64,000 nucleotides of DNA from a virus (taxonomy: Duplodnaviria; Caudoviricetes): positions 1 through 64,000 of IMG/VR virus record IMGVR_UViG_2731957753_000001. One strand, given 5' to 3'. Numbering within the stretch: position 1 is the first letter of the stretch; every line of letters starts with the position of its first letter. Made by a program: the position numbers and the translations under genes. The notes beneath the pieces are model-generated. The model made no database searches. It was not told the DNA's origin and saw only the letters and a list, made by a program, of their open reading frames with translations. This document shows, piece by piece, positions 26,661 through 37,044 of the stretch.

Positions 26661-27339
26661 ATCGATCCAAAATTGTCTTCCGGGGCCGCTTCGACAGGTG
26701 ACGCTCAACCATCAGGACCCGTTCCCGCTCGGCGTCGTCGACGGCCGCCAGGTACTCCAGAACCTCGTCAACTGTGTGTAAAGCTGGATTCCAGCCCGGA
26801 TCTTTGACGGGATAATTGGTCACGTACGCACCGTCACGTGACACTGGCCCGGTCTTGAGCTGTTTGCCCTCCCCCGTCACCCCAGCAACGATCTGCCCGT
26901 CCTCCGGCAACGGCGCGTTCGTGTCGAACCCGAGCGCTTCCGCCAACTGCCGCTTCGTATCCTGCGGCAGCGACGCCACGAACTCTTTGATATCGAACTT
27001 CGAGCGGTCGGGAGCATCCGCCGGCACCCACACGCCCGGACTGGTGAGCCAGTGCGGGTCAGTGTTCTTCGGCTGCTGGTACTTGATCTTCCGTTCCGGC
27101 GGGATCACCGAGTCCATCGGCCGCACGCCACAATCCCACTGCCGACGCGAGACCTCTTTCAGGTACTCGATCGGAAACGGAAGCGGGGCCCCCTTCATGC
27201 CGGGCAACCCGGCGAAGGTATGGAGCAGAGCCTCCTCTGGACAATTTGGGTTGGTGTTCTCCAAGGTGGGAAACTCGCCCGGTTTCAACCAGGGCGAGGT
27301 ATCCACTTCGACGGGACGCGAAGACTTCTTCGACATCAA
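26641..27339 (-). CDS. DUF2744-like tail-region protein
   Basis: PNCPEEALL...LPGMKGAPL...KIKYQQP...PGVWVP; position between the minor tail and the lysin. Confidence 0.75.
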   Translation of the reverse strand: MMSKKSSRPVEVDTSPWLKPGEFPTLENTNPNCPEEALLHTFAGLPGMKGAPLPFPIEYLKEVSRRQWDCGVRPMDSVIPPERKIKYQQPKNTDPHWLTSPGVWVPADAPDRSKFDIKEFVASLPQDTKRQLAEALGFDTNAPLPEDGQIVAGVTGEGKQLKTGPVSRDGAYVTNYPVKDPGWNPALHTVDEVLEYLAAVDDAERERVLMVERHLSKRPRKTILDRFPEVGV

Positions 27340-27349
27340 AACTCCTGGA

Positions 27350-29071
27350 CTATTTGCCCTGCACAGCCAACTGCTGCACGAGCGATCCGAGGTCAGCGAT
27401 CATCGCCAACGCACGCTGCCCGCGGTCTTTGTTCTTTTCCTTCTCGCCGATGACGGGCAGCCACTCAGGCGGAGACTCCCGATCCCAAGCAAGCGTGAGT
27501 TCACGGACGCGGTCGACATAGATGGTGTGGTCATCGACGTACAGCACCGTCGGGCCGTTCCCGACGACTGTGGAGCCGATCACCTGGGCGCCGATACGGT
27601 CACCGATGAAGAAATGCCCGCGCCCCTGATCACCGACGAACCACGGCGCCCCATCCCGGATGTTGATTTCGTGGCTGAACCACGATCTCGTGTCGTGCAG
27701 GGCTTTCCGCATCGACAGCAGCATTTCCAGCGTGTACGCCCGGTCGGAGCCGGACGCTAGCACTTCGAATGGGCTCGCCCACCCACCATTTGTTGCGCGG
27801 CCGGCGGATTCCAAGTTGGCCCAGGCGGCGATGGTGTCCCAGTAGAAGATTTGGGCGACGGCGTCCACCGCGCCACCAATGGGCGGTACCACGATTGCCG
27901 CTGCGAGCAAATCGCCCGCAGTCTGGATGGCAGCCGAGATAAGCTCATTCACGAATGGGAAACTGTGTCCACCGGCCACAATTTGTTTCGCGGTGCTCGG
28001 CGTGAACGTGAACTTGGACGATTCGATACCCGTCTCTTCGCCCTCAAGATAGATGACGTACGGGCACGTCTTGTCCGTCAACCGCAGGCCAGGAACGTTG
28101 TACGACGCCGGGGTTTCCGGCGACACAACGTCTTCCTCGATCACATCAAGGAAGTCCTCAGCCCACTGCGCGAACGTGCGTTCCAGCCCAGTGAACGGGT
28201 TACCGCCGTTCGACGTGTCCGTGAAGTACCCGGACTTGTCGACGATGTCCACGACCAGCGCGCCGTTACGCAGGGTTTGGCCTTCGATCGGCTGCTCGTC
28301 ATCATCGGCGATGTAGCGGCGGACCTGGATAGACAGTTGCGCGTCTTCCAGGATGTCCTTCGCCATATCGACCCAGCGTTTAAACCGGGAGTTCGGGACA
28401 GACCAGATCGTGCCCGCAGCCATGTCCTCAGCGAATGTCGTCGGTTTTACAACAACGGACCAGTTGCCCATTCCGGGCGCCGACGAATTCTGGTCCATCG
28501 GGTCATCCGGCAAACCCCACAAGCTAATTTGCTCACGCATAACGTTCAGAAAAAGGGCCGTTTTCAATGCCCAAATCGACGGACCCGCGATGAAGAATAC
28601 GCGCGGGAATTGTACGAAGGCGGGCAAGAACGGCGAGGCCCATGCCAGGTAGTAGTCCAGGACGCCCAGATCGTGGAGAAAGCGGACCACCAATACCCAG
28701 GTGCCGTCTTCTCTTTTTTCAAGAACCTGATCGTGAAGTCTTCCAGACCACCGGGCGCCGTCTTTGTCTACAGTGATGTAGACGTGCAGTTTCTCGCCGC
28801 GCTGTATGCGTGGCGCTACCTGGTATATCCACTTTGCCAACGGGTCATCGAGCGGAATTTCCACCTGGCCGGGGCCGACCTCGTTATCGAGCCATGTGAA
28901 GCTGGCAGAGTATTCCGAGTTCAGGATCCCCTGTAAACGAAAATCGCCATCCCAGAGCCTCATCAAAGGCGGTTCGAGGCGTGCCCTGCGGTCTGCTTCC
29001 TCCGCCGCGTTAGTGGCTTCCCAGATTGCTTCGCATTGCTCCTGCAAACTGAGGGTTGAGAGGTCCGTCAT
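27350..29071 (-). CDS. Minor tail protein (baseplate hub / Tal, Gp37-like)
   Basis: RLWDGDF N-terminus, FFIGDRIG C-terminus; second gene after the tape measure. Confidence 0.88.
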   Translation of the reverse strand: MTDLSTLSLQEQCEAIWEATNAAEEADRRARLEPPLMRLWDGDFRLQGILNSEYSASFTWLDNEVGPGQVEIPLDDPLAKWIYQVAPRIQRGEKLHVYITVDKDGARWSGRLHDQVLEKREDGTWVLVVRFLHDLGVLDYYLAWASPFLPAFVQFPRVFFIAGPSIWALKTALFLNVMREQISLWGLPDDPMDQNSSAPGMGNWSVVVKPTTFAEDMAAGTIWSVPNSRFKRWVDMAKDILEDAQLSIQVRRYIADDDEQPIEGQTLRNGALVVDIVDKSGYFTDTSNGGNPFTGLERTFAQWAEDFLDVIEEDVVSPETPASYNVPGLRLTDKTCPYVIYLEGEETGIESSKFTFTPSTAKQIVAGGHSFPFVNELISAAIQTAGDLLAAAIVVPPIGGAVDAVAQIFYWDTIAAWANLESAGRATNGGWASPFEVLASGSDRAYTLEMLLSMRKALHDTRSWFSHEINIRDGAPWFVGDQGRGHFFIGDRIGAQVIGSTVVGNGPTVLYVDDHTIYVDRVRELTLAWDRESPPEWLPVIGEKEKNKDRGQRALAMIADLGSLVQQLAVQGK

Positions 29072-29101
29072 TCGAAATCAACTCCAAACGAGCGGAACCG
29101 C

Positions 29102-30028
29102 TCAACCATTCAGCCACGGATGAGACCATCGACGCTGGCAATAAACTTCAACCCGGCCACCACCCGCCGGCGCGGCCTCGACTTTCACGGGCAAGTTGGT
29201 TTCGGGGGTCTTCGGGGGCACGCGATGAAGGAACGCTATTCCATTCATCCGGCCAGCAAGGTTCGTGCCGAATAAGTCGCGTACCTGCAACTTGTCTCGG
29301 TACAGGGTGACCCGCGCCCCACCCTCAACATCACCGAGACCAGGCAGAGTGATCTTCCGGTTGGCGTGTTCTCCGCCTGGTATTCGCTGGTGTTTCTTCC
29401 CGACCCACGAATAGTCCGGGAGTGTCCAAACGCCGCGAGTAACGACCCATTGCAGCCACATTGGTTGGTCGCACGGGTTAGATATGGTCACCCAGCCTTC
29501 CGAGGTCCCAGCCGACGAGGTTTCGAAATAGTCGACCGGGGTGTTCTCGTAGGCGTCTTCGAAATAGAGTGGCTGGTCGGCGACGACCGCCATTTTTTCG
29601 AGCGATGACCGGGTTAGATGCGGCGCATGCTCGTATTCGGACGGCACCGTGTCACTCAGCGCCAACCACAGAGAACGTGTCCCTGCGGTCGGCGTGGTGA
29701 TCGACAGTTTCGTGAGTGTCGAGTCCAAATCCCACGGGTCGTTTTCGTAATCCCACATGGAATGCCACTCGTTGTGGAGTGACTGCCATTCCTCGGGGGT
29801 TTCGCCCTTAAGGTGGACACCGAACGTGATGTCACGTTGGTCGTATGATTTCCCTTGGTACGTCGAACCCTTCTGGAACGCCGATGAACGTCGGCGCGTG
29901 ACTACGGGCGCCTCGAATAGGCCGCGTGGATCTGTTGCCAGATACAGCTTTTTCGAGGCTCCTGAGCCGCTGATGACCATGTGTTTGCCATCTTTGAAGA
30001 TTTCGACGCGGGGACCTTCCCGCATCAA
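29102..30028 (-). CDS. Distal tail protein (Dit)
   Basis: First gene after the tape measure; SNPCDQPMWLQW motif. Confidence 0.85.
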   Translation of the reverse strand: MMREGPRVEIFKDGKHMVISGSGASKKLYLATDPRGLFEAPVVTRRRSSAFQKGSTYQGKSYDQRDITFGVHLKGETPEEWQSLHNEWHSMWDYENDPWDLDSTLTKLSITTPTAGTRSLWLALSDTVPSEYEHAPHLTRSSLEKMAVVADQPLYFEDAYENTPVDYFETSSAGTSEGWVTISNPCDQPMWLQWVVTRGVWTLPDYSWVGKKHQRIPGGEHANRKITLPGLGDVEGGARVTLYRDKLQVRDLFGTNLAGRMNGIAFLHRVPPKTPETNLPVKVEAAPAGGGRVEVYCQRRWSHPWLNG

Positions 30029-30043
30029 CAGAGTTCTCCCCTT

Positions 30044-33000
30044 TTAACCGGTGTATGGGATTGCCCGCAGGTCCGCCATCTGGTTCAGTTTCCGGAACGC
30101 GTCAGCATCGTTCTTGACGGTCAGATTGACTGTCATCGAGTTATCGACGCTGCTGATCTGCGACCCGGACGGATTCGACTGGACCACTTGGTTCGCGGCC
30201 CCGACCGCATGCTGTCCAGCCTGGTAATACCCGGACTGGTTGAGCAACGCTTGCGAGTCGACGCCTGGTGCTTGGGCTTTCGCCTTGTTCCATTCGTCGA
30301 ACGTTTTCGCGTACGCAGTGACTTCGGACGGGATCAAATCCCGCGGATCCGGCAGCCCCAACGGCCCCAAGGTGGAGTCGACAAGCGAGTTGAACCCGGT
30401 CGCGAACGCCCCAGACTCGCCGAAGAACCGATCCATGGTCTTCTTCTTCAGCGAACCGACCGTGTCCACACCCGCAACCGGCGGGCCACCCCAAATGTTG
30501 GTGTCCGGGGGTTCGGCGCCACCGTTGGGCGGCTGGTTCGGGTCGAACGGTGCCGGACCCCGCTGCTCCAGCGTTTTCGCCTGCGGCTTTGCGCCACCGT
30601 TGATGGCCTCCAACAGCGGACCCCACTGGCCGGCCGCGGCAGCATTCACGACGAATTCACCGTTGGACAGCAACGCCCGGATCTTGTCTGCGAGCGGACC
30701 ACCAGGACCGTTCACCCAGCCACCGTTGGCGTATCCGTGGCCGTGTCCCCACTCGGTGGTGAGGTCTGAGCCGTAGGTGTCCCGGTAGTAGTTGAGTGCG
30801 GCGACCATGTTCGCCATCGGGTCGGTGCGGTCGTTCGGCAGGCTGGGGTCACGGTAGGCGGCGAAGGTTCCGGGGATCACCTGAAGCAATCCCTGGGCTT
30901 CGTTACCACCACTGTTGACGTCCTGTACCTGCTGAAGAATCGACGGGTTACCGCCGGATTCGGACTTGATCTGCGCCATCATCGCGTTGACTTGGTTCTC
31001 GTCATCCGCGTTGAACCCCGTACGCCGCATGGCCTCTTTCGCGAGGTCACGCCAGCGTTCAACATTCCCGGTGGCCTCGTAATCGACGAGACCACCACCG
31101 GACCCGCCCAGCTTGGACGAGATGAACGAGGTGACAGCGTCGGCCATCTTCCGCGCGAACGCCTTCGGGATCTGCCCGAACTCACCCATACCGGGGAAGT
31201 CAGGGACACGATCCACCAAAGCGTTCAGCGGCTTGCGGACGAGGTTGTCGAGCGCGAAACCACGGCCGGCACCCATCGCGGACCCGAGAGCGTTCTTCAC
31301 CCGGTCGAACAGGCCGGCCTTCTCCTCGTCGGAGAGCTGGGTGAGGAAGTCGTTCGCAGCCCAGTGGACGTGGTCCCTGTGCGCTTCGTTCGTCGCCGAA
31401 CCAAAATCGAACGGCTTGCCTTCATCGAGGTTCGACCACCCGTTGAGCGGCCAGTGAATCAACTCCGCGGACTGCGGATACGTGTCATAGATCCAGCGGG
31501 CAATCTCATCCATCGGCCCCGCAAGGTCGATAGCCTTGCCCTGCATGTGCAGGTCGTAGCCCGAGCCGACATCCACGAAGCGTTGCCCCGAAGTGAGGAT
31601 CGCACCCGGAATCGCAGACGACACCAGATCCCACAAATGCTGCTGAATCGGCTGCAACGGATCCGACGTGGCGACAATGCCGCCGTCCGCATAACCCGGC
31701 AGAGGGCCGTCAGCCTTCGACTGCTTCCCGCCCGTACCGAGCACGCCTTTACGCATGCGGTACATGGCGTCATGGCCGCCAGCCGCAGCAACCTCATCCG
31801 CAGTCCACACATGCTCGCCGGCCGACAACCGGTACAGTCCGGCTTTGTCTTCCTTCGGGCCACCAGGACCACGCACCGGACCACCAGGGCCACCCATCCA
31901 ACGGGCACCGATCGGGGTTGCGGTCGGGTTCTCCTTGCCCATCTGCCCGACAGCCCCGACGTGCCCGAGCGGTTCCCATTTCGGGAGCCCGAGCTTGTCA
32001 GCGACCTTGTTCCAGATATCGCCGAACCCGTTCAGCACATCCACGACGGCATTGATCGGCCCATGGAACTGCGACGGCAGCTTCCCGAGAATCGAACCGA
32101 AATTCGAGACCGCGGCGTCGAAGAACGGGCCCAAGCTGTTGAACCCGTTTTTAAGCTTCTCAAGCGGGCCTTCAGTGCCGAGGATCCCATCGGTGATCTG
32201 ACCGAGGTTCGTGCTGAACAGGCCCCAGAAACCCTCACCGTCAGTGAGGCTGGTGCCCATTTCGCCGATGAACGTGCTGATCTTCGTCTTGATGCTCGGC
32301 AGCGTCTCGTCGCCGAGGACACCGCCGAACTCGGTCGCCGAAGTCAGGACACTCTTGAACCCATTGGCGGCCTTGTTCTTGAAATCAACCCAAGTCTTGG
32401 CGCCCCATGTGCCGACCTTCGCGGACTGTTGCGGAAGCCATTCGTCGGTGAAACTAGTCCAAAGCTCCTTGGCCTCGTTGAACCCGAGCTTGCCGAGGAA
32501 GACGGGAGGGGACGGCGCCAGCAGCCCGCCACCGATGTCTTTAGCCCGGTCCCAACCAGTCTTCTGGGAGCCGTCTTCATTGGTGTCTTCGGTGAACCCT
32601 CCAACGACCTTCGCGAACGGGTTCCCTTCCATCGCCCCGTTGAGCCAGTCGGCCAGTTCGACAGCCTTCGTCAGCAGGGTCGTGATCGAGTTGACGGTGT
32701 CGCGGACGTCTTTGAAGAAGTCCTTGATCTTCTGCTGCCCCTCCTCCGAGGAGAGGAAGTCGTTCCAGCGGTCCAGGGTTTGCGTGATCGAGTCGAGCCA
32801 GCCCTCACCGGTCTCATCGCTGCCGCGGAAGATATTGCGGACCAGGTCGATAAGACGGGTGCCGATGCCCCAGATCTTCCCGAACGCGTCCAGCGACTCC
32901 CGCAAGAAGTCACGGAACTTCTGCTGCCCCTCCGGCGACTCGGCCCACTCCCGGAACTTCTGTGCGAAATCAGCGAACCCACCCGACAGGCCGGGCAGGA

Positions 33001-35068
33001 ACTCGGATCCGACCTGAGACAGAGACAAGAAGCCCTGGAGGACATCGTTGATGCCGTCGATCAGCGGACCGACAGACTTAGTGGTGTTATCGAAGATCAC
33101 GGACAGCTTGCCGCGGGTGGCCTCAGTGTTCAGATCGGCCAAGGCCCGCCGCAAACCCTCATTGATCTGCGTAGCGATCCCACCCAAACCGGTTTTCAGT
33201 GTCGGCAGGTAGGCGTAGGCGAGATCTGACACCGACTGCCCGAGACGATCGAACAGAGCGTCTTGCAGTTCGTTTTTCAGGCCCTTGTATGCGTCTTTGA
33301 CATCAAGGAGCTTCCGCACGAAATCCTGAGCGTTCGGCGACAGCTTCGCCATCGCCTCGTCGAAAGCCTTAGCAGCAGTGCTGCCCTCATTCATGGCTTC
33401 AGTGACCGCGACCTGCGCTTCAGCAAGCGTGGCGTGGGCGTCCGCGAGACGTTCCTGAGCATCAATCTCGCCCTGCGCAGCGTCCGCTACAGCTTCCTTC
33501 GCAGCAACAACCTGGTCGCTGCCTTCGACACCCTTCGTGTTCGCGTCCGCTACCTTGTCGGCGAGCCGCTGGTTGTCAATGAGAAGGTCCGACTGGTCCG
33601 CCAACGCCTGGTTATACGAGTTGACTGCACGAGCGCGGTCGATCGCGTCCGATTCCGGGTCGCTGAACGTCTGCAACATCTCCCGATGCGCTTCCGCTAC
33701 AGCGATCGCGGCAGCCTGCTCTGTGAGCACGGTCCGACCCAATGCCCGGTTGAGGTCGTCGATCTCGTCTTTCGCGTCCTTACGGGCCCTGTTCAGGCCC
33801 TTCTGCGCACGCTCGGACGCCTTCTGCGCTGTGACAACACCACGCTCAGCCGACGCGACACCCTTAACCGCGGACGCGACCTGCTTCTGCGCAGCAGCGA
33901 CAGCCTTACCGCGAGCCTCCATATCGGAGCCTGCGGAATCGGATGCCTTCTTCGCTGCTTCGAACGCGTCATTAACCCCAGACAGGCCGATCTTCACCGC
34001 GGCGAATACGGACACGGCTCCGGCCAGGGCGGCCGGGAACAGCCCGAGCACGCCCGCGGCCTGTGCGAGCTGACCGATCAACGGCACCAGTGACACTGCG
34101 GCAAGAGCTATGAGTCCGACGAGGGCGACATTCACGATGTTGCTGAAGTTGAACATGTTCGCGGCGGCGGAACCGATGGCGCTGACGAGCCCGCGCATGC
34201 CTACGCCTGCGAGCCCAAAGAACCCATTGCGGTCGTTGCGGGCGCCGTCGAGGCGCCGGCGGGCGTTGTGTTCGTCGTCCATCAGGGACAGCACGCGGCC
34301 CTGTGCGTCTGCCTGAGCGTTCCGGGCGCGGGTGAGTGCCTGTGTGGCGGCGAGACGCTGGGAGTCGGTCGCGGACGATCGCGCCATCACTTCGGCGTGC
34401 CGCTGCTCTGCGAGCGCCAACCGGTCCGTAGCAGTCGTCTGCTGGTTTCGGGCCTGCGAAAGGCGAGCCGCGACCGAAGCCACCTCAGCCTCAGCGCGCG
34501 CAACGGATGCCCGGTCGATCTCGATCTGCATGCGGATCGCCCGCACGGGGCGCGTGAAAATACCGCCGGTCAGACGACGTTGGGTTGCGGGACTGAGCAC
34601 AGAGCGCGCGTTCAACCCGTTGACCTGATTCGTCACGGTAGACGCGAGGGACCGCAACGCCATCAACTGTGCGACGGCGGCCGTGGTGTCCACGTTGACA
34701 TTCAGGGCGAGGGGCTGCGCTGCGACCTGCGTCCGGAACGCCTGCATCTGGGAGATCGCGCGTGTCAGGTCGAGGTCGACACCGAGGCGAGCGTTCGGCA
34801 TGTTCGCGGTCGCTGCACGAACTTGGGAGCGGACGCGTGATGCGTCAACAGTGACGCCGACCCTCGCGTTCACTCCCTGCGAGGCGGCGCGGACCATGTT
34901 CCGGAGTTCGGTGCGGAATCGGGGGGCCAACTGGGGGCGGACCTGGACACGGATTGATTCGTTGATCGGCTGCAAGAGCGCGCGGACTTGAGACTTAAAA
35001 CCGGTCGCTAGCTGCGGTTTTAATGAAATTCGAGCGCTGCCGGCATGGAAGGCGGGCCAGTTAGCCAT
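30044..35068 (-). CDS. Tape measure protein with C-terminal peptidase-like and lytic transglycosylase domains
   Basis: 1674 aa, Ala-rich coiled coil; HMQGKAIDL...HRDHVH; QIKSESGGNP...GLLQVIPGTF...DPMANMVAALNY. Confidence 0.95.
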   Translation of the reverse strand: MANWPAFHAGSARISLKPQLATGFKSQVRALLQPINESIRVQVRPQLAPRFRTELRNMVRAASQGVNARVGVTVDASRVRSQVRAATANMPNARLGVDLDLTRAISQMQAFRTQVAAQPLALNVNVDTTAAVAQLMALRSLASTVTNQVNGLNARSVLSPATQRRLTGGIFTRPVRAIRMQIEIDRASVARAEAEVASVAARLSQARNQQTTATDRLALAEQRHAEVMARSSATDSQRLAATQALTRARNAQADAQGRVLSLMDDEHNARRRLDGARNDRNGFFGLAGVGMRGLVSAIGSAAANMFNFSNIVNVALVGLIALAAVSLVPLIGQLAQAAGVLGLFPAALAGAVSVFAAVKIGLSGVNDAFEAAKKASDSAGSDMEARGKAVAAAQKQVASAVKGVASAERGVVTAQKASERAQKGLNRARKDAKDEIDDLNRALGRTVLTEQAAAIAVAEAHREMLQTFSDPESDAIDRARAVNSYNQALADQSDLLIDNQRLADKVADANTKGVEGSDQVVAAKEAVADAAQGEIDAQERLADAHATLAEAQVAVTEAMNEGSTAAKAFDEAMAKLSPNAQDFVRKLLDVKDAYKGLKNELQDALFDRLGQSVSDLAYAYLPTLKTGLGGIATQINEGLRRALADLNTEATRGKLSVIFDNTTKSVGPLIDGINDVLQGFLSLSQVGSEFLPGLSGGFADFAQKFREWAESPEGQQKFRDFLRESLDAFGKIWGIGTRLIDLVRNIFRGSDETGEGWLDSITQTLDRWNDFLSSEEGQQKIKDFFKDVRDTVNSITTLLTKAVELADWLNGAMEGNPFAKVVGGFTEDTNEDGSQKTGWDRAKDIGGGLLAPSPPVFLGKLGFNEAKELWTSFTDEWLPQQSAKVGTWGAKTWVDFKNKAANGFKSVLTSATEFGGVLGDETLPSIKTKISTFIGEMGTSLTDGEGFWGLFSTNLGQITDGILGTEGPLEKLKNGFNSLGPFFDAAVSNFGSILGKLPSQFHGPINAVVDVLNGFGDIWNKVADKLGLPKWEPLGHVGAVGQMGKENPTATPIGARWMGGPGGPVRGPGGPKEDKAGLYRLSAGEHVWTADEVAAAGGHDAMYRMRKGVLGTGGKQSKADGPLPGYADGGIVATSDPLQPIQQHLWDLVSSAIPGAILTSGQRFVDVGSGYDLHMQGKAIDLAGPMDEIARWIYDTYPQSAELIHWPLNGWSNLDEGKPFDFGSATNEAHRDHVHWAANDFLTQLSDEEKAGLFDRVKNALGSAMGAGRGFALDNLVRKPLNALVDRVPDFPGMGEFGQIPKAFARKMADAVTSFISSKLGGSGGGLVDYEATGNVERWRDLAKEAMRRTGFNADDENQVNAMMAQIKSESGGNPSILQQVQDVNSGGNEAQGLLQVIPGTFAAYRDPSLPNDRTDPMANMVAALNYYRDTYGSDLTTEWGHGHGYANGGWVNGPGGPLADKIRALLSNGEFVVNAAAAGQWGPLLEAINGGAKPQAKTLEQRGPAPFDPNQPPNGGAEPPDTNIWGGPPVAGVDTVGSLKKKTMDRFFGESGAFATGFNSLVDSTLGPLGLPDPRDLIPSEVTAYAKTFDEWNKAKAQAPGVDSQALLNQSGYYQAGQHAVGAANQVVQSNPSGSQISSVDNSMTVNLTVKNDADAFRKLNQMADLRAIPYTG

Positions 35069-35174
35069 AGTCGGCCTCCGTATTCCAGCGCTATACGCTG
35101 CGTTTATGCCCTCATTGGGGTGTTCGGGGACCGCGCCCGCACGTTTGGGGGCTGCGTGTCTGACACGTGAATGG

Positions 35175-35204
35175 TTGACTGCACCGTGGTGTAGCGTTTA
35201 CGCT
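35175..35204 (+). promoter_or_regulatory. Putative promoter of the inserted cassette
   Basis: TTGACT-N18-TACGCT, overlapped by the GTAGCGT-TT-ACGCTAC inverted repeat. Confidence 0.5.
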
Positions 35205-35271
35205 ACGGTGTAATATCGGAGCATCGGGAAGGATCGACCATGGGGCAGCATCTTGCGAGCAGGTTCCTGGG

Positions 35272-35532
35272 ATGATCGACACCATGGCACTGACGAAGGA
35301 AGAGGCAGAGCGCTTGCTCAGGGAGGTCAAGGCGACATCCGACCGGTCGCGCGACGCGAAAGAAGAGGCCAACCGGATAGTTAGAGAGGCCGCCGAGGCG
35401 AGAGGGAACGCAGTCCAGGCCGCACTAGACGCGGGCCTACCTCGCGAGTTGATCGCAGTATCGGCAGGCGTTCACAGGAACCTGCTCTACCGAATTGCCG
35501 GGAAAACGTCCCAGCAGAAAAAACGCAACTAG
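35272..35532 (+). CDS. Small HTH DNA-binding protein (86 aa)
   Basis: ARGNAVQAALDAGLPRELIAVSAGVHRNLLYRIA. Confidence 0.75.
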   Translation: MIDTMALTKEEAERLLREVKATSDRSRDAKEEANRIVREAAEARGNAVQAALDAGLPRELIAVSAGVHRNLLYRIAGKTSQQKKRN

Positions 35533-35603
35533 TACTGGTTGCATCGACGTCAAGCCGTAGTGTACAGTCGAGTTTGCAACCAGTACTGGTTGCAAACTCG
35601 ACT
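35525..35603. promoter_or_regulatory. Twin 18-bp palindromic operators; the second extends to a perfect 38-bp palindrome
   Basis: GCAAC(T/C)AGTACTGGTTGC at 35525-35542 and 35576-35593; AGTCGAGTTTGCAACCAGT/ACTGGTTGCAAACTCGACT at 35566-35603; TTGCAT-N18-TACAGT lies between them. Confidence 0.85.
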
Positions 35604-35671
35604 AAACCTCGTTATGGCCTCCGTACCCGCCAAAGTCCGGGAAGCCATACTTAACCGAATGGAGATTCGGC

Positions 35672-36484
35672 GTGCCTCAGGGTACCAACTTTTCCCCCGT
35701 CCACGTCAACGCACAGGGCGGAGGTGATGCAAACAACTCCCCGTTCGACGCGATCAGGCGCGTCCGCCCGGACGGCTCCGAATACTGGTCGGCGCGTGAC
35801 CTCATGCCGTTGCTCGGCTACGACCGGTGGGACCGAGTCCCCGAAGTTCTCGATCGCGCCAAAGCATCCGCGCAAGCAAGCGGGCAAGACGTGGCGAACC
35901 TTTTCCGACCCTCCTCGGAAAAGTCAGGTGGACGGCCGCGCAGCAACTACGAGCTGTCTCGGGTCGCCTGCTACCTCGTGGCTATGAACGGCGATCCGAG
36001 AAAGCCGGAGGTCGCGGCGGCCCAGGCGTACTTCGCGATCCGCACTCGTCAGGCCGAGGTTGTCGAGGCTCACGTTCTCGATACCCGCGCCCGCGCCCAG
36101 ATCGAACTGGCGAAGGGGCGCATGGAGTTGATCCGCCTCGCTGATGGGCTCATCGATCCGAAGCATCTCGACGTCAAGGCCCGTGTTGTGCTGGCTCACG
36201 GCCTGGGGGAGACTCCCGAGATCGAGGCCACCAGTATGCCGCTCTATGTGCAGACCTTCCTGCACGAAAAGGTAAAGTCGGCGAAGCGCGTCAAGCAGCT
36301 CAATCGGCCGTTTGGTTCGGCCGTGAAGGATGCCTACATCCTGAAGTACGGAACCGAGCCGAAGAAGTACCCGCTCGATATCGGGAACGGCCAGGTTCGC
36401 CCCGCCAACGCCTACACGGAAGCGGATCGACACCTGATGGAAGAGATCTGGACTGCGCGTTTCGCAGGCGAGGAGGCGGCGTGA
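35672..36484 (+). CDS. DinD/BRO-like antirepressor-type protein
   Basis: EYWSARDLMPLLGY...LSRVACYLVAMNGDPRKPEVAAAQAYFAIRTRQAE. Confidence 0.85.
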   Translation: MPQGTNFSPVHVNAQGGGDANNSPFDAIRRVRPDGSEYWSARDLMPLLGYDRWDRVPEVLDRAKASAQASGQDVANLFRPSSEKSGGRPRSNYELSRVACYLVAMNGDPRKPEVAAAQAYFAIRTRQAEVVEAHVLDTRARAQIELAKGRMELIRLADGLIDPKHLDVKARVVLAHGLGETPEIEATSMPLYVQTFLHEKVKSAKRVKQLNRPFGSAVKDAYILKYGTEPKKYPLDIGNGQVRPANAYTEADRHLMEEIWTARFAGEEAA

Positions 36485-36927
36485 CGAACGCGGATAATCC
36501 GAATTACACGTCGCTCGACGCGCTCAAGTACCTCGCACGCGAGGTCATCAACACCATCGAGTGGACGTTGGACAGCCTCTCAGGGAATGGCGTCAGCGAA
36601 GACGACCACTACGAGATCGAAGCACTCTGGGGCTTGGCCGAGCAAACCAGCGAACTGCTGGGGCCGCTCGTCGAGGACTGGAACCACTACAGCGACGGCC
36701 GAGAAATATCCTCCCAAGTCGAGATCGAGTACGGCCACGTATACGAACACCGCTGGCACCCCGACCCGACCGTCGACAAGCCGAGTGTTTCGACCGGGCG
36801 CCTGCTGGCGGACCCGGGCGAGGACAACGGAACCTATGAGGTCCGTATCGTCCCGCCGCAGTCTGTGACCGTGCACAGGTTCCCGAAGGGGCCGGGGAAC
36901 GTGGTCCCGCTCCGCCGACTGGAGTAG
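36481..36927 (+). CDS. Hypothetical acidic protein (148 aa)
   Basis: GTGA coupling to the antirepressor. Confidence 0.7.
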   Translation: MTNADNPNYTSLDALKYLAREVINTIEWTLDSLSGNGVSEDDHYEIEALWGLAEQTSELLGPLVEDWNHYSDGREISSQVEIEYGHVYEHRWHPDPTVDKPSVSTGRLLADPGEDNGTYEVRIVPPQSVTVHRFPKGPGNVVPLRRLE

Positions 36928-37044
36928 ACCTCACCGTTCCCCGGCAACCGTTGCCTTGGGAGCAACAGTTGCCCCTCCTCTAGGCCCCGCGCAATGGGCC
37001 GTGCTCGTCGCGCGGGGCTTTCTCATACCCTCAGGAGCTTTGTC

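Noticed and set aside
30992-33229. 745-aa plus-strand ORF and other long antisense ORFs (e.g. 5300-6532, 27851-28936, 45623-46540, 49629-50813)
   Set aside because: Shadow frames of real minus-strand genes caused by high GC3; no motifs or RBS
35566-35603. 38-bp palindrome as a protelomerase (telRL) site of a linear plasmid prophage
   Set aside because: No protelomerase seen; integrase and attP are present; a second near-copy and the position around a promoter fit an operator
35540-35670. LexA SOS box controlling the antirepressor
   Set aside because: No TCGAAC-N4-GTTCGA match found here
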